Notes: generated from the sequence alone by a model not told the origin. A DNA stretch of 64,000 nucleotides from Armatimonadia bacterium (GCA_039683575.1 JBDKRC010000137.1:23704-87703), one strand, 5' to 3'; numbered from the stretch's first letter, positions 24,048 through 35,685 are shown. Numbers and translations are program-made.

Positions 24048-25046
24048 ATGGAGATACGCAGTTACCGTCAGGCTGTAGTCAACGGCCTGAAGTGGATTTT
24101 GACTCAGCAGGATCCCGATGGGTCATTCAAGCCGATCGAGCATGGCATCAACACCTTCCACAAGGTCCCGTACGCTCTGGCTCTGACCGGACAGATGGAG
24201 AGGGGCTCGCGGCTGTGTGCCTGGATTCAGCAGCAGGTCATGGACGAGGAGGGGGACTTCACCCGGCGCTTTGACCGGGAGGGCCCGCTCGCTTCCTTCT
24301 ACCATTACGGCAATTCCTGGCTGGTCATGGGCGCGCATCGGCTGGGTCAGTACGGCATGTCCATGCGGGCGGCGGACTTTCTGTCCACCATGCAGCACCC
24401 GCAGACCGGGGGCTTTCTGACGCTTGGGCCGGAGTCTTCGCTCGACGGCATGCAGGACATGATGAGCAGCGCGCTGGCCGGGCTGGCCATGCTGACCACC
24501 GGCCGGCTGGCCGAGGCCGAGGCCACGGGCGGGTTCCTGGTGTCAATGTATGACCGGCAGCCGAAGCTGGGCAGCCAGCTGCTGTTTGTGCAGCAGAAGG
24601 GTGACCGGCTGGTGAATGAGTGGCCGGAGGATCAGGCGCAGGCGTTCTCGCTGACGCTTCGCGGCCCGGATCAGTGGTATTTCGTGCCGGGCCTGGCGGC
24701 CGGCTTCCTGGCCAAGCTTTACGATGTAACCGGCAATGAAGACTACCTGCGCGCGGCCCAGGGCTACGTGCAGTTCGCCGACTCGTCGGGTGCCGACCGG
24801 TATTCCAGCCCCAACTCCTGGTGGCTGGGCTGGGGAGCCGCGATGCTCTATGCGACCACCGGCGTAGCGGCCCACCGCGCAATAGCAGAAGCTGTGTGTG
24901 ACCAGATCGTGGAGAGCCAGATGTCGAGTGGCTCGTGGGCAGCAGGCAGCATGGGCTATGAGCCCCCGGCACCGATCATCGACGCTACGGCGGAGGCGAT
25001 GGTGGCGCTGGCCGAGATCCTGCAGGCCCTGGTAGTCGGCGAGTAA
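24048..25046 (+). CDS. Hypothetical protein, probable alpha/alpha toroid (QxxxGSF/W repeats)
   Basis: QQDPDGSF, QHPQTGGF, QMSSGSW; AGGAG RBS. Confidence 0.6.
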   Translation: MEIRSYRQAVVNGLKWILTQQDPDGSFKPIEHGINTFHKVPYALALTGQMERGSRLCAWIQQQVMDEEGDFTRRFDREGPLASFYHYGNSWLVMGAHRLGQYGMSMRAADFLSTMQHPQTGGFLTLGPESSLDGMQDMMSSALAGLAMLTTGRLAEAEATGGFLVSMYDRQPKLGSQLLFVQQKGDRLVNEWPEDQAQAFSLTLRGPDQWYFVPGLAAGFLAKLYDVTGNEDYLRAAQGYVQFADSSGADRYSSPNSWWLGWGAAMLYATTGVAAHRAIAEAVCDQIVESQMSSGSWAAGSMGYEPPAPIIDATAEAMVALAEILQALVVGE

Positions 25047-25174
25047 ACCCATACGGCGGATACTGGCGCTTTTCACGCGCTTGATCACAATGGCGAACGG
25101 GCGGCCACCACGGCCGCCCCAATGCCGTGCCGGGCGAGAGTCCCGGTCTGCGAAGATTACGGAGGAATAGTCTC

Positions 25175-26278
25175 ATGCCACCCAAGAAGACCGCTGCCAA
25201 GAAGTCCGGCGCCAAGAGCGACCGCCTCGGCTGGGGCATCATCGGCTGCGGAGTGATCGCGCCGACTCACGCCAACGCCGTCCGCGACTCCGGAACTGCC
25301 AACGTCGTCGCCTGCTGTGACGTAGTCCCGGGGCTGGCCAAGCAGTTTGCCGAGAAGTATGCGCCAGGCGCTCGCACCTACACGTCGATGGACGAGATGC
25401 TGAACGACCCGGAGATCCAGGCCGTGTCCATCTGCACGCCGAGCGGCATGCACTCTCAGTGCTGCATCGCCGCCGCGCAGGCCGGCAAGCACATCCTGTG
25501 CGAAAAGCCGTTGGACATCTCCTTGCAGGCCATTGACGCTGCCATCGCCGCGTGCAAGGAGTATGACGTCAAGCTCTCCGGCGTCTTCCAGCGCCGCACG
25601 TACGCGTCATCGAAGAAGGTCCGAGAGGCCGTAAAGAGCGGCAAGCTTGGCAAGCTCGTCATCGGCGACGCGTATCAGAAGTACTTCCGCTCACATGCGT
25701 ACTACGCGAGCGGTTCGTGGCGCGCCACATGGGAACTGGACGGCGGCGGCGCACTGATGAACCAGGGCGTGCACGGCATTGACCTGTTGCTCTACCTGAT
25801 GGGCGACGTCAAGCGCCTGAGCGCATACGCCCGCCGGCTGGTGCGCAATATCGAAGTGGAAGACACCGCAGTGGCGATCGTCGAGTTTGTGAATGGCGCG
25901 GTAGGCGTCATCGAGGGCACGACCTCCGTCACCCCTGGCTATGGCTGCCGCATCGAGATCAGCGGCGACAACGGCACGATCGTCCTGAACGAGGACAAGA
26001 TCACGACCTGGGATATCCCGGGCGAGGACAGCGAGGCCGAAGGTGGCGCTGCGAGCAAGAGCACAGCGGCCGACCCGACTGCCCTGACCGCGAGCGGCCA
26101 CACCGCGCATGTTATTGACTTGTGTGGCGCGATCCGCGACAACCGTGAGCCGGAGATCCCCGGCAGCGAGGCCCGGCGGGCCGTACAGGTCATCAAGGCC
26201 ATCTATAAGTCATCCCGTGAGGGTGGCGCGACGGTTGAGTTCCCGCTGTCGTACTGCGACGATGGTCCTGGGATCTAG
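25175..26278 (+). CDS. Gfo/Idh/MocA oxidoreductase
   Basis: GIIGCGVI, CEKP, GGGALMNQGVHGID. Confidence 0.9.
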   Translation: MPPKKTAAKKSGAKSDRLGWGIIGCGVIAPTHANAVRDSGTANVVACCDVVPGLAKQFAEKYAPGARTYTSMDEMLNDPEIQAVSICTPSGMHSQCCIAAAQAGKHILCEKPLDISLQAIDAAIAACKEYDVKLSGVFQRRTYASSKKVREAVKSGKLGKLVIGDAYQKYFRSHAYYASGSWRATWELDGGGALMNQGVHGIDLLLYLMGDVKRLSAYARRLVRNIEVEDTAVAIVEFVNGAVGVIEGTTSVTPGYGCRIEISGDNGTIVLNEDKITTWDIPGEDSEAEGGAASKSTAADPTALTASGHTAHVIDLCGAIRDNREPEIPGSEARRAVQVIKAIYKSSREGGATVEFPLSYCDDGPGI

Positions 26279-26298
26279 CTGCGTAGGCAAGTCTACAG

Positions 26299-26336
26299 AC
26301 AGGGCCGGCACCAGAAGGTGCCGGCCCTGTTGCTTT
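26299..26336 (+). terminator. Intrinsic terminator
   Basis: ACAGGGCCGGCACC-agaa-GGTGCCGGCCCTGT followed by TGCTTT. Confidence 0.7.
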
Positions 26337-26357
26337 CCCCGACCAGGCTGGACGGGC

Positions 26358-26392
26358 AAAAAAAAAGGCTCCGGCGGATGCCGGAGCCTTTT
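26358..26392 (-). terminator. Intrinsic terminator of the SLH-porin gene (possibly bidirectional)
   Basis: A9-GGCTCCGGC-ggat-GCCGGAGCC-T4. Confidence 0.85.
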
Positions 26393-26416
26393 CGTTACGT
26401 CAGGTCTTCGAAGTGC

Positions 26417-28168
26417 CTAGAAGCCAACGGTGACGCTGGCCTGCAGCAGCTTCTGGTCCTCGGGGCGGGCGACGCTGATCGCGTCAGCGGCGTCCTCGAT
26501 CTCGCTGCTCACGTTCTGCTGAGCATAAACGAGGTTGGCGGTGATGCCGTCAGCCAGCTGCTTGCTGGTGCCGATGGCCCACAGCTTGTCGTAGAAGACC
26601 GGGCCTTCCTTGGCGTCGACGTCAAAGTAGGCGACGGTGAAGGGCATTGAGCCCATCCGGAAGTCCAAGTGACCACCGAGTACGCGATGGTTCGTCATGG
26701 CCAGCGGGTTGCGCAGCCACTGCTCGAAAGCGGTGGCGGTGACGCCGAGGGCGTTCGCAGCCGCGACGATCTCGCGCTCGTTAGCACCGCGGAACTCGTA
26801 GTACGGGTGCAGGATCGAGTAGACAGCGTCATAGTTTGCATCAACGCTGCTGTAGAAGCCGGTCAGGCGCCAGTCGGTGCCGCGCCAGATGTCGGCCGAG
26901 CCCATGAAGGCGTTGGCACTATCGGGATCGTCACCGAAGATGCCATTGGTCAGCTTCGCGTACTCCATGCGGATGTCGCGACCCCAGATCTGAGCGGACA
27001 GGTCAGCGCTCCACGCCTCTTCCCTACCCACGCCGTCGGCGAGCCAGTTGACGCCGACATTCCAGGTCGGGCGGGCATAGGCGAGACGAACGCTGCCATA
27101 GCCATCGTTGTCGCCGTAGAACGAGTTGAAGTTCTCGTCCACGTTGAAGCTAAAGTCGTCGCTCGCCATAGGGGTGAAGACCCCGTCGACGCCGCCAGCG
27201 AACAGATCGAGATCGAAGTTGCTGCCGAAGATGTCGTTGACCTGCATGCGGACGCCCTGCTGGGACTTCCGCTCATTGTCAACGAGCAGGCCCATGCCGT
27301 AGCTCTGGAACTGGCGGCCGATGGTCCACGTCGCGGGCAGCAGGAACTTGCTGTTGACCACTACGTTGGCTTCGTCGATCCACAGGGTCTCGGCGAGGTT
27401 GCCATCAACTGCGGGCATCGAGGTGTCGAACGTACCGGTCTGGGTGGTGTCGATACCGTCGAAGCCGCCCAGCCACTGGTCATCGGTGTCGCGCATCTTG
27501 ATCGCGATCCGGCCGGAGACGGAGTCGCTGATCTTGCCCTGCACGCCAACCATCGCGGTGAGGTTGTCGAACTCGTTGTCGAAGTCGACCTTCTCACCAG
27601 CGGTGCCGATGCGGTAGTCGAGCCAACCAAAGACCTTCGGGCCCTTGGCCTGCTCTTCGAGGTACGCTACGCGCTCGCCGAGCTCAGCAACATCGTCGCC
27701 GAGCAGGTCGAGGTCGCCGCGCAGGTCCTTGAGCTCGTTCTTGAATTCGTCACAGAGCTTGTTGACCAGAGCAGCGATCTTGGCTTCGTCAACGACCCCT
27801 GCGGGTCCCTGATCGCCCTTGTCACCCTTAGCGCCAGGAGCGCCGGGGGCGCCAGGAGCGCCGGGGGCGCCGGGGGCGCCGGGAGCGCCAGCAGCGCCGA
27901 TAGCGCCAGTGTCGCCCTTCTCGCCCTTGGCCTGCTGCACGACGTCGAGCAGCCGGCTGATGGCCATCGCGAACTCGTAGCGAGTCATCGCGCGGTCACC
28001 CTTGAAGGTGCCATCGGGATACCCGATGATGATGCCCCGCTCGACCAGCTGGTTGACGGCGTCATACGCCCAGTGGTCGAAGGGCACGGTCTGCGCCGGA
28101 TTGGCCTGCGCGAAGCAGGGGGCCACGGCGATTACGGCCAGGATTGCAACCAGAATCAGTTTACGCAT
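26417..28168 (-). CDS. SLH domain, collagen-like stalk, coiled coil and beta-barrel; OmpM/Omp-alpha-like envelope protein
   Basis: Signal peptide; VPFDHWAYDAV..GYPDGTFKG..TRYEFA; 14 G-X-Y triplets; C-terminal ASVTVGF. Confidence 0.8.
   Translation of the reverse strand: MRKLILVAILAVIAVAPCFAQANPAQTVPFDHWAYDAVNQLVERGIIIGYPDGTFKGDRAMTRYEFAMAISRLLDVVQQAKGEKGDTGAIGAAGAPGAPGAPGAPGAPGAPGAKGDKGDQGPAGVVDEAKIAALVNKLCDEFKNELKDLRGDLDLLGDDVAELGERVAYLEEQAKGPKVFGWLDYRIGTAGEKVDFDNEFDNLTAMVGVQGKISDSVSGRIAIKMRDTDDQWLGGFDGIDTTQTGTFDTSMPAVDGNLAETLWIDEANVVVNSKFLLPATWTIGRQFQSYGMGLLVDNERKSQQGVRMQVNDIFGSNFDLDLFAGGVDGVFTPMASDDFSFNVDENFNSFYGDNDGYGSVRLAYARPTWNVGVNWLADGVGREEAWSADLSAQIWGRDIRMEYAKLTNGIFGDDPDSANAFMGSADIWRGTDWRLTGFYSSVDANYDAVYSILHPYYEFRGANEREIVAAANALGVTATAFEQWLRNPLAMTNHRVLGGHLDFRMGSMPFTVAYFDVDAKEGPVFYDKLWAIGTSKQLADGITANLVYAQQNVSSEIEDAADAISVARPEDQKLLQASVTVGF
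27836..27889 (-). repeat. Six 9-bp tandem units encoding (GAP)6
   Basis: GGCGC(T/C)CC(C/T) repeated 6 times. Confidence 0.9.
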
Positions 28169-28487
28169 TTGCTTTCTCCTCCATATTATTCCCTTCGGAA
28201 CTGGCCATGGTGAGATACCTCATCACATGGCTGTCCCGCGGGAGCCGCGCCCTGGGGAGAAGCTCGCTGAAGTATCCATGTTCCCTTCAGGCTGTTCTCG
28301 ATTCGGGCCGTGCTTCCGCTCTCCAAGCGTTGGGACCTGACGATCTGGCAGGAGTCCCTCCCTTCGTTGCCGATTTGGACCGTCAGAACGCGAGAATACT
28401 GATCTGTTTGCGACTGCGGAAGGGAAGGCTCCCTTCCGGTACGGCCTTGCGAATAGACGCAGCCTGAACTCCTCTGCGCCATGAAAT

Positions 28488-28516
28488 AGACTAACACCGC
28501 GCTATGGGCGAGTCAA
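28488..28516 (-). promoter_or_regulatory. sigma70-like promoter of the SLH-porin gene
   Basis: TTGACT-17-TAGTCT. Confidence 0.55.
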
Positions 28517-28527
28517 TAAGCATCGTC

Positions 28528-29100
28528 TTAATCTTCTACTCCGCCTTTGGGCGACGCAGTTGACTTACCCGTATGATACGTGGCTGACTTGCCGTCGGTT
28601 GTTCCCTTAGACAGGTCTGTGGGCCTGTCGTTGCAGACTTTGGGTGGCTGATCTAATGGTCGAAGTTTGAAGAAACACAGCAGCACCTCACCCAGGCAAT
28701 GCAGGTTGCGTGCGCTGGAGACGCGCTGCTGGTTGATCCAGTTCCGGAAGCGATGGGGTTGGTCGGGGGGGGTAACAGGCGGCGCCGGCTCCACAACCAC
28801 TTGCCCCACGCTCTGGCCAGGCTTGACCATGCCGGTGTACTTATAGACGGCCCACTCAGTGCCTTGTGCGGTCTTGAGATACGCGACTTCGGCCGCAAGC
28901 GCCTCATTGTTATTGATCCGGCGCTGATACTCACAGGAATCAGCGACGATGCTCCGGGAAACCTGTATCCCGTGAGCCACCGGGCGGAAGAAACGCGTGC
29001 CCAGGCTGAGCCCCAGGCCGATCACGCCAACCAAGGCCCAGGTCAAGGCGGTTCTGCCCAGCGGAGGGGTTCGACCCTCTACGGCCGCCGGTGCAACCAT
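28528..29100 (-). CDS. FtsB/DivIC-like septum formation protein
   Basis: TM segment, then NEALAAEVAYLKT...GMVKPGQ; downstream of eno. Confidence 0.55.
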   Translation of the reverse strand: MVAPAAVEGRTPPLGRTALTWALVGVIGLGLSLGTRFFRPVAHGIQVSRSIVADSCEYQRRINNNEALAAEVAYLKTAQGTEWAVYKYTGMVKPGQSVGQVVVEPAPPVTPPDQPHRFRNWINQQRVSSARNLHCLGEVLLCFFKLRPLDQPPKVCNDRPTDLSKGTTDGKSATYHTGKSTASPKGGVED

Positions 29101-29160
29101 CCACTACTCCTCTATGTCATCAACTGGGCTGCAACAGAGAAGCGCCTGCGTCGTGACGAG

Positions 29161-29189
29161 ATTATATCCTGTTGAAGAACAGGAAGCAA
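29161..29189 (-). promoter_or_regulatory. sigma70 promoter of the ftsB-like gene
   Basis: TTGCTT-17-TATAAT. Confidence 0.6.
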
Positions 29190-29243
29190 CCCATCAAGGG
29201 TGCTTTCTTCCAGAAACACCTGAAATTGCGGATAGACAAACGC

Positions 29244-29272
29244 AAAAGCGGGAGGGGCCAAGCCCCTCCCGC
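29244..29272 (-). terminator. Intrinsic terminator of eno
   Basis: GCGGGAGGGGC stem followed by U4 on the minus strand. Confidence 0.75.
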
Positions 29273-29294
29273 GGGTGTGACTCAGGGGTCGAGA

Positions 29295-30653
<1,359 letters not shown>

Positions 30654-31727
30654 TTAGCGCCTGCACTCGCTGATGGCGTCGGTAAAGACCATTACCAGGT
30701 CCTCCGCGGCGCCCTGCGGGCTGAAATCTCTCTCAATCAGCGGCGGGGCCCACTGGCACGTTGGCTCCTGCTTCCAGGCGTCATAGGCTTCGAGCAGATT
30801 GCCCGTGTAGTCTTCCGCCGTTCCCTGGCCCGGCGCCGCATGGTCGCCGAAGTTGGCGTCACGGGCTGCGATGAAGTTGCTCTCGCGCAGATAGCCGATC
30901 AGACCCATGCTACCCGCGGCGATCACGTGCCGCCCGCAGGCCAGTGCCTCCAGGGCCACGTAGCCTGTTCCGACCACGACCGCCGCATTGTGGTAGACGT
31001 CCTCGACATCGAAGCGCGGCCCAGTGACCTCGACGGCCTGCCGACCCAGCATTGAGTTGATCTCAGCCGCTCTCTGCCGGACTTTGCCAACCTGTGAACG
31101 TCCCCCGACAATCTGAAGCTTCAGACCCGGGATCTGCTCATTCAGCGCCAACACCGCTTCCATGAGCGCGTAGGCGGGGCGGGACTTCACTTTCGAGAGC
31201 CGCGCCACGTAGGCCACCGTGAAGCCTTCACCCGGTGCCGCGTCGCGCTGCTGAAAGCGCGTGACATCGACGGGCAGGTACGATACTACAGTCTTCTCGG
31301 CCACACCGGGGACCTGTGACACCCAGCGGCCGGTCGTGACATTGAGCGCCACCACGCGCGTAGCCGCCTCCAGGCCCGGCGTCGCCTCCTGCAGGTTTAT
31401 GAGGCCATGGACGTGTGACACCAGAGGTATGCCAAGGCGCTGGCACACTGTCGCCGCCGCGTTTGTGGCGCTGATCCCGTGGGCATTGACTACATCGATA
31501 CCAAGCGCGCGCACCAGACCCGGCAACTGGCTGCGCACGAGTACCGAACCTGGGAGGTTGAGGAACACTTTTCCCGCGCAGGCTTGCCTCATGGCCTTGC
31601 GATATGGCCCCAGGCCTACCATCAGATGCACGCGGTGCCCGAGTGCTTCCAGGGCAGGCATCACGGTGCACTTGTAGGTGTTGCCGCCGCCAATCTGGGC
31701 GTTGCGGCCAAGCATGAGGACATTCAT
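30654..31727 (-). CDS. GT4 family glycosyltransferase
   Basis: IGGGNT, VNAHG, VARLSKVK, ALEALACGR. Confidence 0.8.
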   Translation of the reverse strand: MNVLMLGRNAQIGGGNTYKCTVMPALEALGHRVHLMVGLGPYRKAMRQACAGKVFLNLPGSVLVRSQLPGLVRALGIDVVNAHGISATNAAATVCQRLGIPLVSHVHGLINLQEATPGLEAATRVVALNVTTGRWVSQVPGVAEKTVVSYLPVDVTRFQQRDAAPGEGFTVAYVARLSKVKSRPAYALMEAVLALNEQIPGLKLQIVGGRSQVGKVRQRAAEINSMLGRQAVEVTGPRFDVEDVYHNAAVVVGTGYVALEALACGRHVIAAGSMGLIGYLRESNFIAARDANFGDHAAPGQGTAEDYTGNLLEAYDAWKQEPTCQWAPPLIERDFSPQGAAEDLVMVFTDAISECRR

Positions 31728-31849
31728 CAGCCGGTTTTCCTTCGTCAGCACATGGGCCGGGAGGGACACAGGCGTCACCACCTGGCGCCTTCCCGGCCCT
31801 GTGTGCGAGCCGAACGTTACGTCGCGTTCAGCGCTTGTGCTTATTCAGG

Positions 31850-34564
31850 CTACTCGCCGAGGCTGCCGGCGCCGCCGATGTTGGCCTGAGCGGCCGCGAG
31901 GCGTGCGATGGGCACACGCAGCGGGCTGCAGCTCACGTAGTTCAGGCCGACCTTGTGGCAGAACTCGACGGACTTGGGGTCGCCGCCGTGCTCGCCGCAG
32001 ATGCCGAGCTCGAGCTTCGCGTTCGAAGCGCGGCCCTTCTTGCAGGCCATGTCCACGAGACCGCCAACGCCACGGGTGTCCAGGGTCTCGAAGGGGCTGA
32101 CCTGGAAGATCCGCTGCGTGACGTAGGAGGGGAAGAACTTGCCCTCGACGTCGTCGCGGGAGAACCCGAACGCGGTCTGCGTGAGGTCGTTGGTGCCGAA
32201 GGACACGAACTGCGCGATCTGAGCGATCTCGTCAGCGATGACGCACGCGCGCGGCAGCTCGATCATCGTGCCGATCATGTACTCGACTTCGACCTTCTTG
32301 GCAGCCATGACTTCCTTGGCCACGCGGTTGGTGTACTCGAAGCAGATCTCGAGCTCGCCCAGGAGGCTGACCAGCGGGATCATGACTTCGGGGATGGGGT
32401 TGAGGCCCTTCTTCTTCAGGTCGCAAGCGGCCTCGAAGATCGCGCGGACCTGCATCTCGTAGATCTCGGGGAAGGTGACGCCGAGGCGGCAGCCGCGGTG
32501 GCCGAGCATCGGGTTGAGCTCGTGCAGGCTGGCGGCCTTGTCCTGGATCTCCTTGACCGTCTTGCCAGTGGCAGCGGCACACTCCTTGAGCGTGTCAGGG
32601 GTGTTGGGCAGGAACTCATGCAGCGGCGGGTCCAGCAGGCGGATGATGACGGGCTTGCCGTCCATGGCCTTGAGGATGCCCAGGAAGTCCTTCTTCTGGA
32701 AGGGCAGGAGCTCCTTGGCCGCGGCGGTCCGCTCTTCGACGGTGTCGGACAGGATCATCTTGCGGAACGTGAGGATCCGGTCTTCGCCAAAGAACATGTG
32801 CTCGGTGCGGGTCAGGCCGATGCCCTCAGCGCCCAGAGCGATTGCCAGCGCGCTGTCTTCGGGGGTGTCAGCGTTGGTGCGCACGCCCAGCCTGCGGTTC
32901 TCGTCGGCCCACTGCATCAGACGCGAGAAGTAGCCATACAGCGGGTCCTTCTGCGCCTTCTTGTTGCCCTTGAGGGCGAGGATGACGGGGCTGTCGCCGG
33001 TCGGTACGTCGCCCGCCATGACTTCGCCGGTGGCGCCGTCAATGGAGATGTACTCGCCCTGCTTGACGACTTTGCCGCCGACGGTGAACTGCTTCTTCTT
33101 GTAGTCGATCTCGATCGCGCTGCAGCCGACGACGCACGGCTTGCCCATCTGGCGGCCCACAACGGCGGCGTGGGAGGTCTTGCCACCGAACTGGGTCAGA
33201 ATGCCCTGCGCGGCCGCCATGCCACGGATGTCCTCGGGGGAGGTCTCCGTGCGGACCAGCACTACGCGGTTGCCCTTCTCGGCTTCCTTGACGGCGTCGG
33301 CGGCGAGGAATACGACTTCGCCAGCGGCAGCGCCGGGAGAGGCCGGAACGCCCTTGCCCATGGCCTTCGGCTTGGCCTTGGAGTCAAACTGCGGGTGCAG
33401 GACCTGGTCGAGCTGGTCCGGCGGTACGAGCATGACAGCGTCCTGCGGGGTGATTGCGCCCTCGTCAACGAGGTCCACAGCGATCTTCAACGCGGCCTGC
33501 GCGGTGCGCTTGCCGTTGCGGGTCTGCAGCATGTAGAGCGTGCCCTTTTCGACCGTGAACTCTACGTCCTGCATGTTCTTGTAGTGCTTCTCGAGCTTCT
33601 GGGTGATGGCGATGAACTGGTCGTAGACCTTCTTGTTCAGCTTCGCCAGCTCGGAGATGGGCATGGGGGTGCGGATGCCGGCCACGACGTCCTCGCCCTG
33701 CGCATTCTGCAGGTACTCGCCGTACATGACCTTCTCGCCGGTTGCGGGGTCGCGGGTGAACGCAACGCCGGTGCCGGAGTCGTCGCCCATGTTGCCAAAG
33801 ACCATCGTCTGCACGTTGACCGCGGTGCCCCAGTCGTGCGGGATCTTGTTCATGTTGCGGTACGCGATGGCGCGGTCATTGTTCCACGAGCCAAAAACGG
33901 CGCTGACGCCGGCCATGAGCTGCGTGCGGGCATCCTGCGGGAAGTCCTTGCCGAGGGCCTTCTTGTAGGTGGCCTTCTCGAGTTCGACAACCTTGCGCAG
34001 GCCGGCGGCGGAGACTTCGGTGTCTTCCTTGACGCCCTCTTCCTTCTTGACCTGATCCAGGCAGGCCTCGAAGTCGTGGCGCTTGACGCCCATGACAACG
34101 TCACCGAACATCATGATCAGGCGGCGATAGGCGTCGAAGACGAACCGCTCGTTGCCGGTGGCCTTAACCATGGCCTCGGCGACGACGTCATTCATGCCAA
34201 CGTTGAGCACGGTGTCCATCATGCCGGGCATGGACTCGCGGGCGCCGGAGCGAACCGAGACCAGCAGCGGGTTCTTGGGGTCGCCAAACTTCTTGCCCGT
34301 CTGCTTCTCGAGCTCAGCGGTGCACTTGTCGATCTCTTTCTCGAGGCCGGCGGGAAACTGGTTGCCGTTCTTGGTGTAGGCGATGCACTCGGCAGTGGTC
34401 ACGGTGAACCCGGGCGGCACGGGCACGCCAAGGGTCATCATGATGTTCAGGTTGGCACCCTTGCCGCCAAGCAGGTCCTTGAGCGCCTGACCGTCTTTCT
34501 TCAGCTCAGCGGCCAATGCATTGGCATCGTCTGTAAACATGTAAACCGGCTTATACTTGCCCAT
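31850..34564 (-). CDS. ppdK: Pyruvate, phosphate dikinase
   Basis: LGGKGANL, SVRSGA, TSHAAVV, RTEHMF, NPMLGHRGCR, CGEHGGDP. Confidence 0.97.
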   Translation of the reverse strand: MGKYKPVYMFTDDANALAAELKKDGQALKDLLGGKGANLNIMMTLGVPVPPGFTVTTAECIAYTKNGNQFPAGLEKEIDKCTAELEKQTGKKFGDPKNPLLVSVRSGARESMPGMMDTVLNVGMNDVVAEAMVKATGNERFVFDAYRRLIMMFGDVVMGVKRHDFEACLDQVKKEEGVKEDTEVSAAGLRKVVELEKATYKKALGKDFPQDARTQLMAGVSAVFGSWNNDRAIAYRNMNKIPHDWGTAVNVQTMVFGNMGDDSGTGVAFTRDPATGEKVMYGEYLQNAQGEDVVAGIRTPMPISELAKLNKKVYDQFIAITQKLEKHYKNMQDVEFTVEKGTLYMLQTRNGKRTAQAALKIAVDLVDEGAITPQDAVMLVPPDQLDQVLHPQFDSKAKPKAMGKGVPASPGAAAGEVVFLAADAVKEAEKGNRVVLVRTETSPEDIRGMAAAQGILTQFGGKTSHAAVVGRQMGKPCVVGCSAIEIDYKKKQFTVGGKVVKQGEYISIDGATGEVMAGDVPTGDSPVILALKGNKKAQKDPLYGYFSRLMQWADENRRLGVRTNADTPEDSALAIALGAEGIGLTRTEHMFFGEDRILTFRKMILSDTVEERTAAAKELLPFQKKDFLGILKAMDGKPVIIRLLDPPLHEFLPNTPDTLKECAAATGKTVKEIQDKAASLHELNPMLGHRGCRLGVTFPEIYEMQVRAIFEAACDLKKKGLNPIPEVMIPLVSLLGELEICFEYTNRVAKEVMAAKKVEVEYMIGTMIELPRACVIADEIAQIAQFVSFGTNDLTQTAFGFSRDDVEGKFFPSYVTQRIFQVSPFETLDTRGVGGLVDMACKKGRASNAKLELGICGEHGGDPKSVEFCHKVGLNYVSCSPLRVPIARLAAAQANIGGAGSLGE

Positions 34565-34640
34565 CGACACAAACCTCCCAAGTTATCTCTAACACTGCGC
34601 GGCTATGGCGCTTGTGTTGGTTCCGACCAAGACTCTCTGT

Positions 34641-34910
34641 CTACAACTCCACCTCGACCCGCTCTTCCCTTAGCAGCCGCCGGTAGTCATCGCGCTTGTC
34701 TCGCGCCACCGGCCGCTCTGGGAGCCCCAGCACCTCCCACTCGGCCACCTTCAGTCCCAGCTTCAGCGTGATCTTCTGCCCCACTCGCACCTCAGCGCTG
34801 GGCTTGGCCCGCTTGCCATCAATCTCCACGAGCCCCGCGTCGGATGCTTGCTTGGCCCGCTCGCGACGAGGTACGAGGCCCGTGTTCTGAAGGAACTTAT
34901 CAAGTCTCAT
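34641..34910 (-). CDS. S4 RNA-binding protein (YabO/RqcP/Hsp15-like)
   Basis: MRLDKFL...RRE.AK...AKPS.EV..G; follows mazG. Confidence 0.85.
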   Translation of the reverse strand: MRLDKFLQNTGLVPRRERAKQASDAGLVEIDGKRAKPSAEVRVGQKITLKLGLKVAEWEVLGLPERPVARDKRDDYRRLLREERVEVEL

Positions 34911-35685
34911 GTGCATTCCGCCGCTCGTCGGCCTTTGCCTGCTCCCAAAGCACGTCCATCTCTGGCAGAGTCATCTGCGCGAGCTTTCGGCCCTGTGCTT
35001 TGGCCTGCGCCTCGACGTTGCGGAAGCGCCGCGAGAAACGCGCATTGGCCTGGCGCAGCGCGCTCTCGGGGTCCACTTTCAGGAAGCGGGCATAGTTGCA
35101 GACGGCGAAGAGCAGGTCGCCAATCTCATGTATGGCTTCGGCGGGGGATGCGGCTGCTTGCGCCTCTTGAAGCTCTTCCTCAATCTTGGCCAGGGGGCCC
35201 TGATAGTCTTCCCAGTCGAAGCCTACCTTAGCCGCCTTCTTCTGCAACTTATCCGCCTGCTGCAACGCCGGCAGGTTGTGCGGCACGCCATCGAGTGCCG
35301 ACTCCCGATCCTGATGCTCGTCTTCAGCCCGCTTAAGTCGCTCCCAGTTCGTCAGCACCTCGTCAGCGCCGCTCACCGTCACCTCGCCAAAGACGTGCGG
35401 GTGGCGGTATTCAAGCTTGTCACTGATCTTGCGGCACACATCCTGAATATCAAAGAGACCGGTCTCGGCAGCCAGTTGGGCATGGAAGACCACCTGCAGA
35501 AGCAGGTCACCAAGCTCGCCCGGAAGCCGCTCCAGGTCGCCTTCATCTATTGCTTCGAGGACTTCGTACGCTTCTTCGAGCAGATACGGCCGTAGCGATT
35601 CGTGGGTCTGCTGCGCATCCCAGGGGCACCCATCCGGGCCCCGCAGACGCGCCATGATGTCTATCAGGCGGTCAAATTCGCTCAT
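34900..35685 (-). CDS. mazG: Nucleoside triphosphate pyrophosphohydrolase
   Basis: GCPWD..QT..SL..EEAYE; ELGDLLLQVVFH. Confidence 0.93.
   Translation of the reverse strand: MSEFDRLIDIMARLRGPDGCPWDAQQTHESLRPYLLEEAYEVLEAIDEGDLERLPGELGDLLLQVVFHAQLAAETGLFDIQDVCRKISDKLEYRHPHVFGEVTVSGADEVLTNWERLKRAEDEHQDRESALDGVPHNLPALQQADKLQKKAAKVGFDWEDYQGPLAKIEEELQEAQAAASPAEAIHEIGDLLFAVCNYARFLKVDPESALRQANARFSRRFRNVEAQAKAQGRKLAQMTLPEMDVLWEQAKADERRNAHET

Noticed and set aside
26669-28213. 514-aa plus-strand ORF; likewise 10370-11896 and 1886-2935
   Set aside because: Antisense shadows of well-supported genes.
31835-34771. 978-aa plus-strand ORF
   Set aside because: Antisense shadow of ppdK caused by high-GC codon bias; no motifs.
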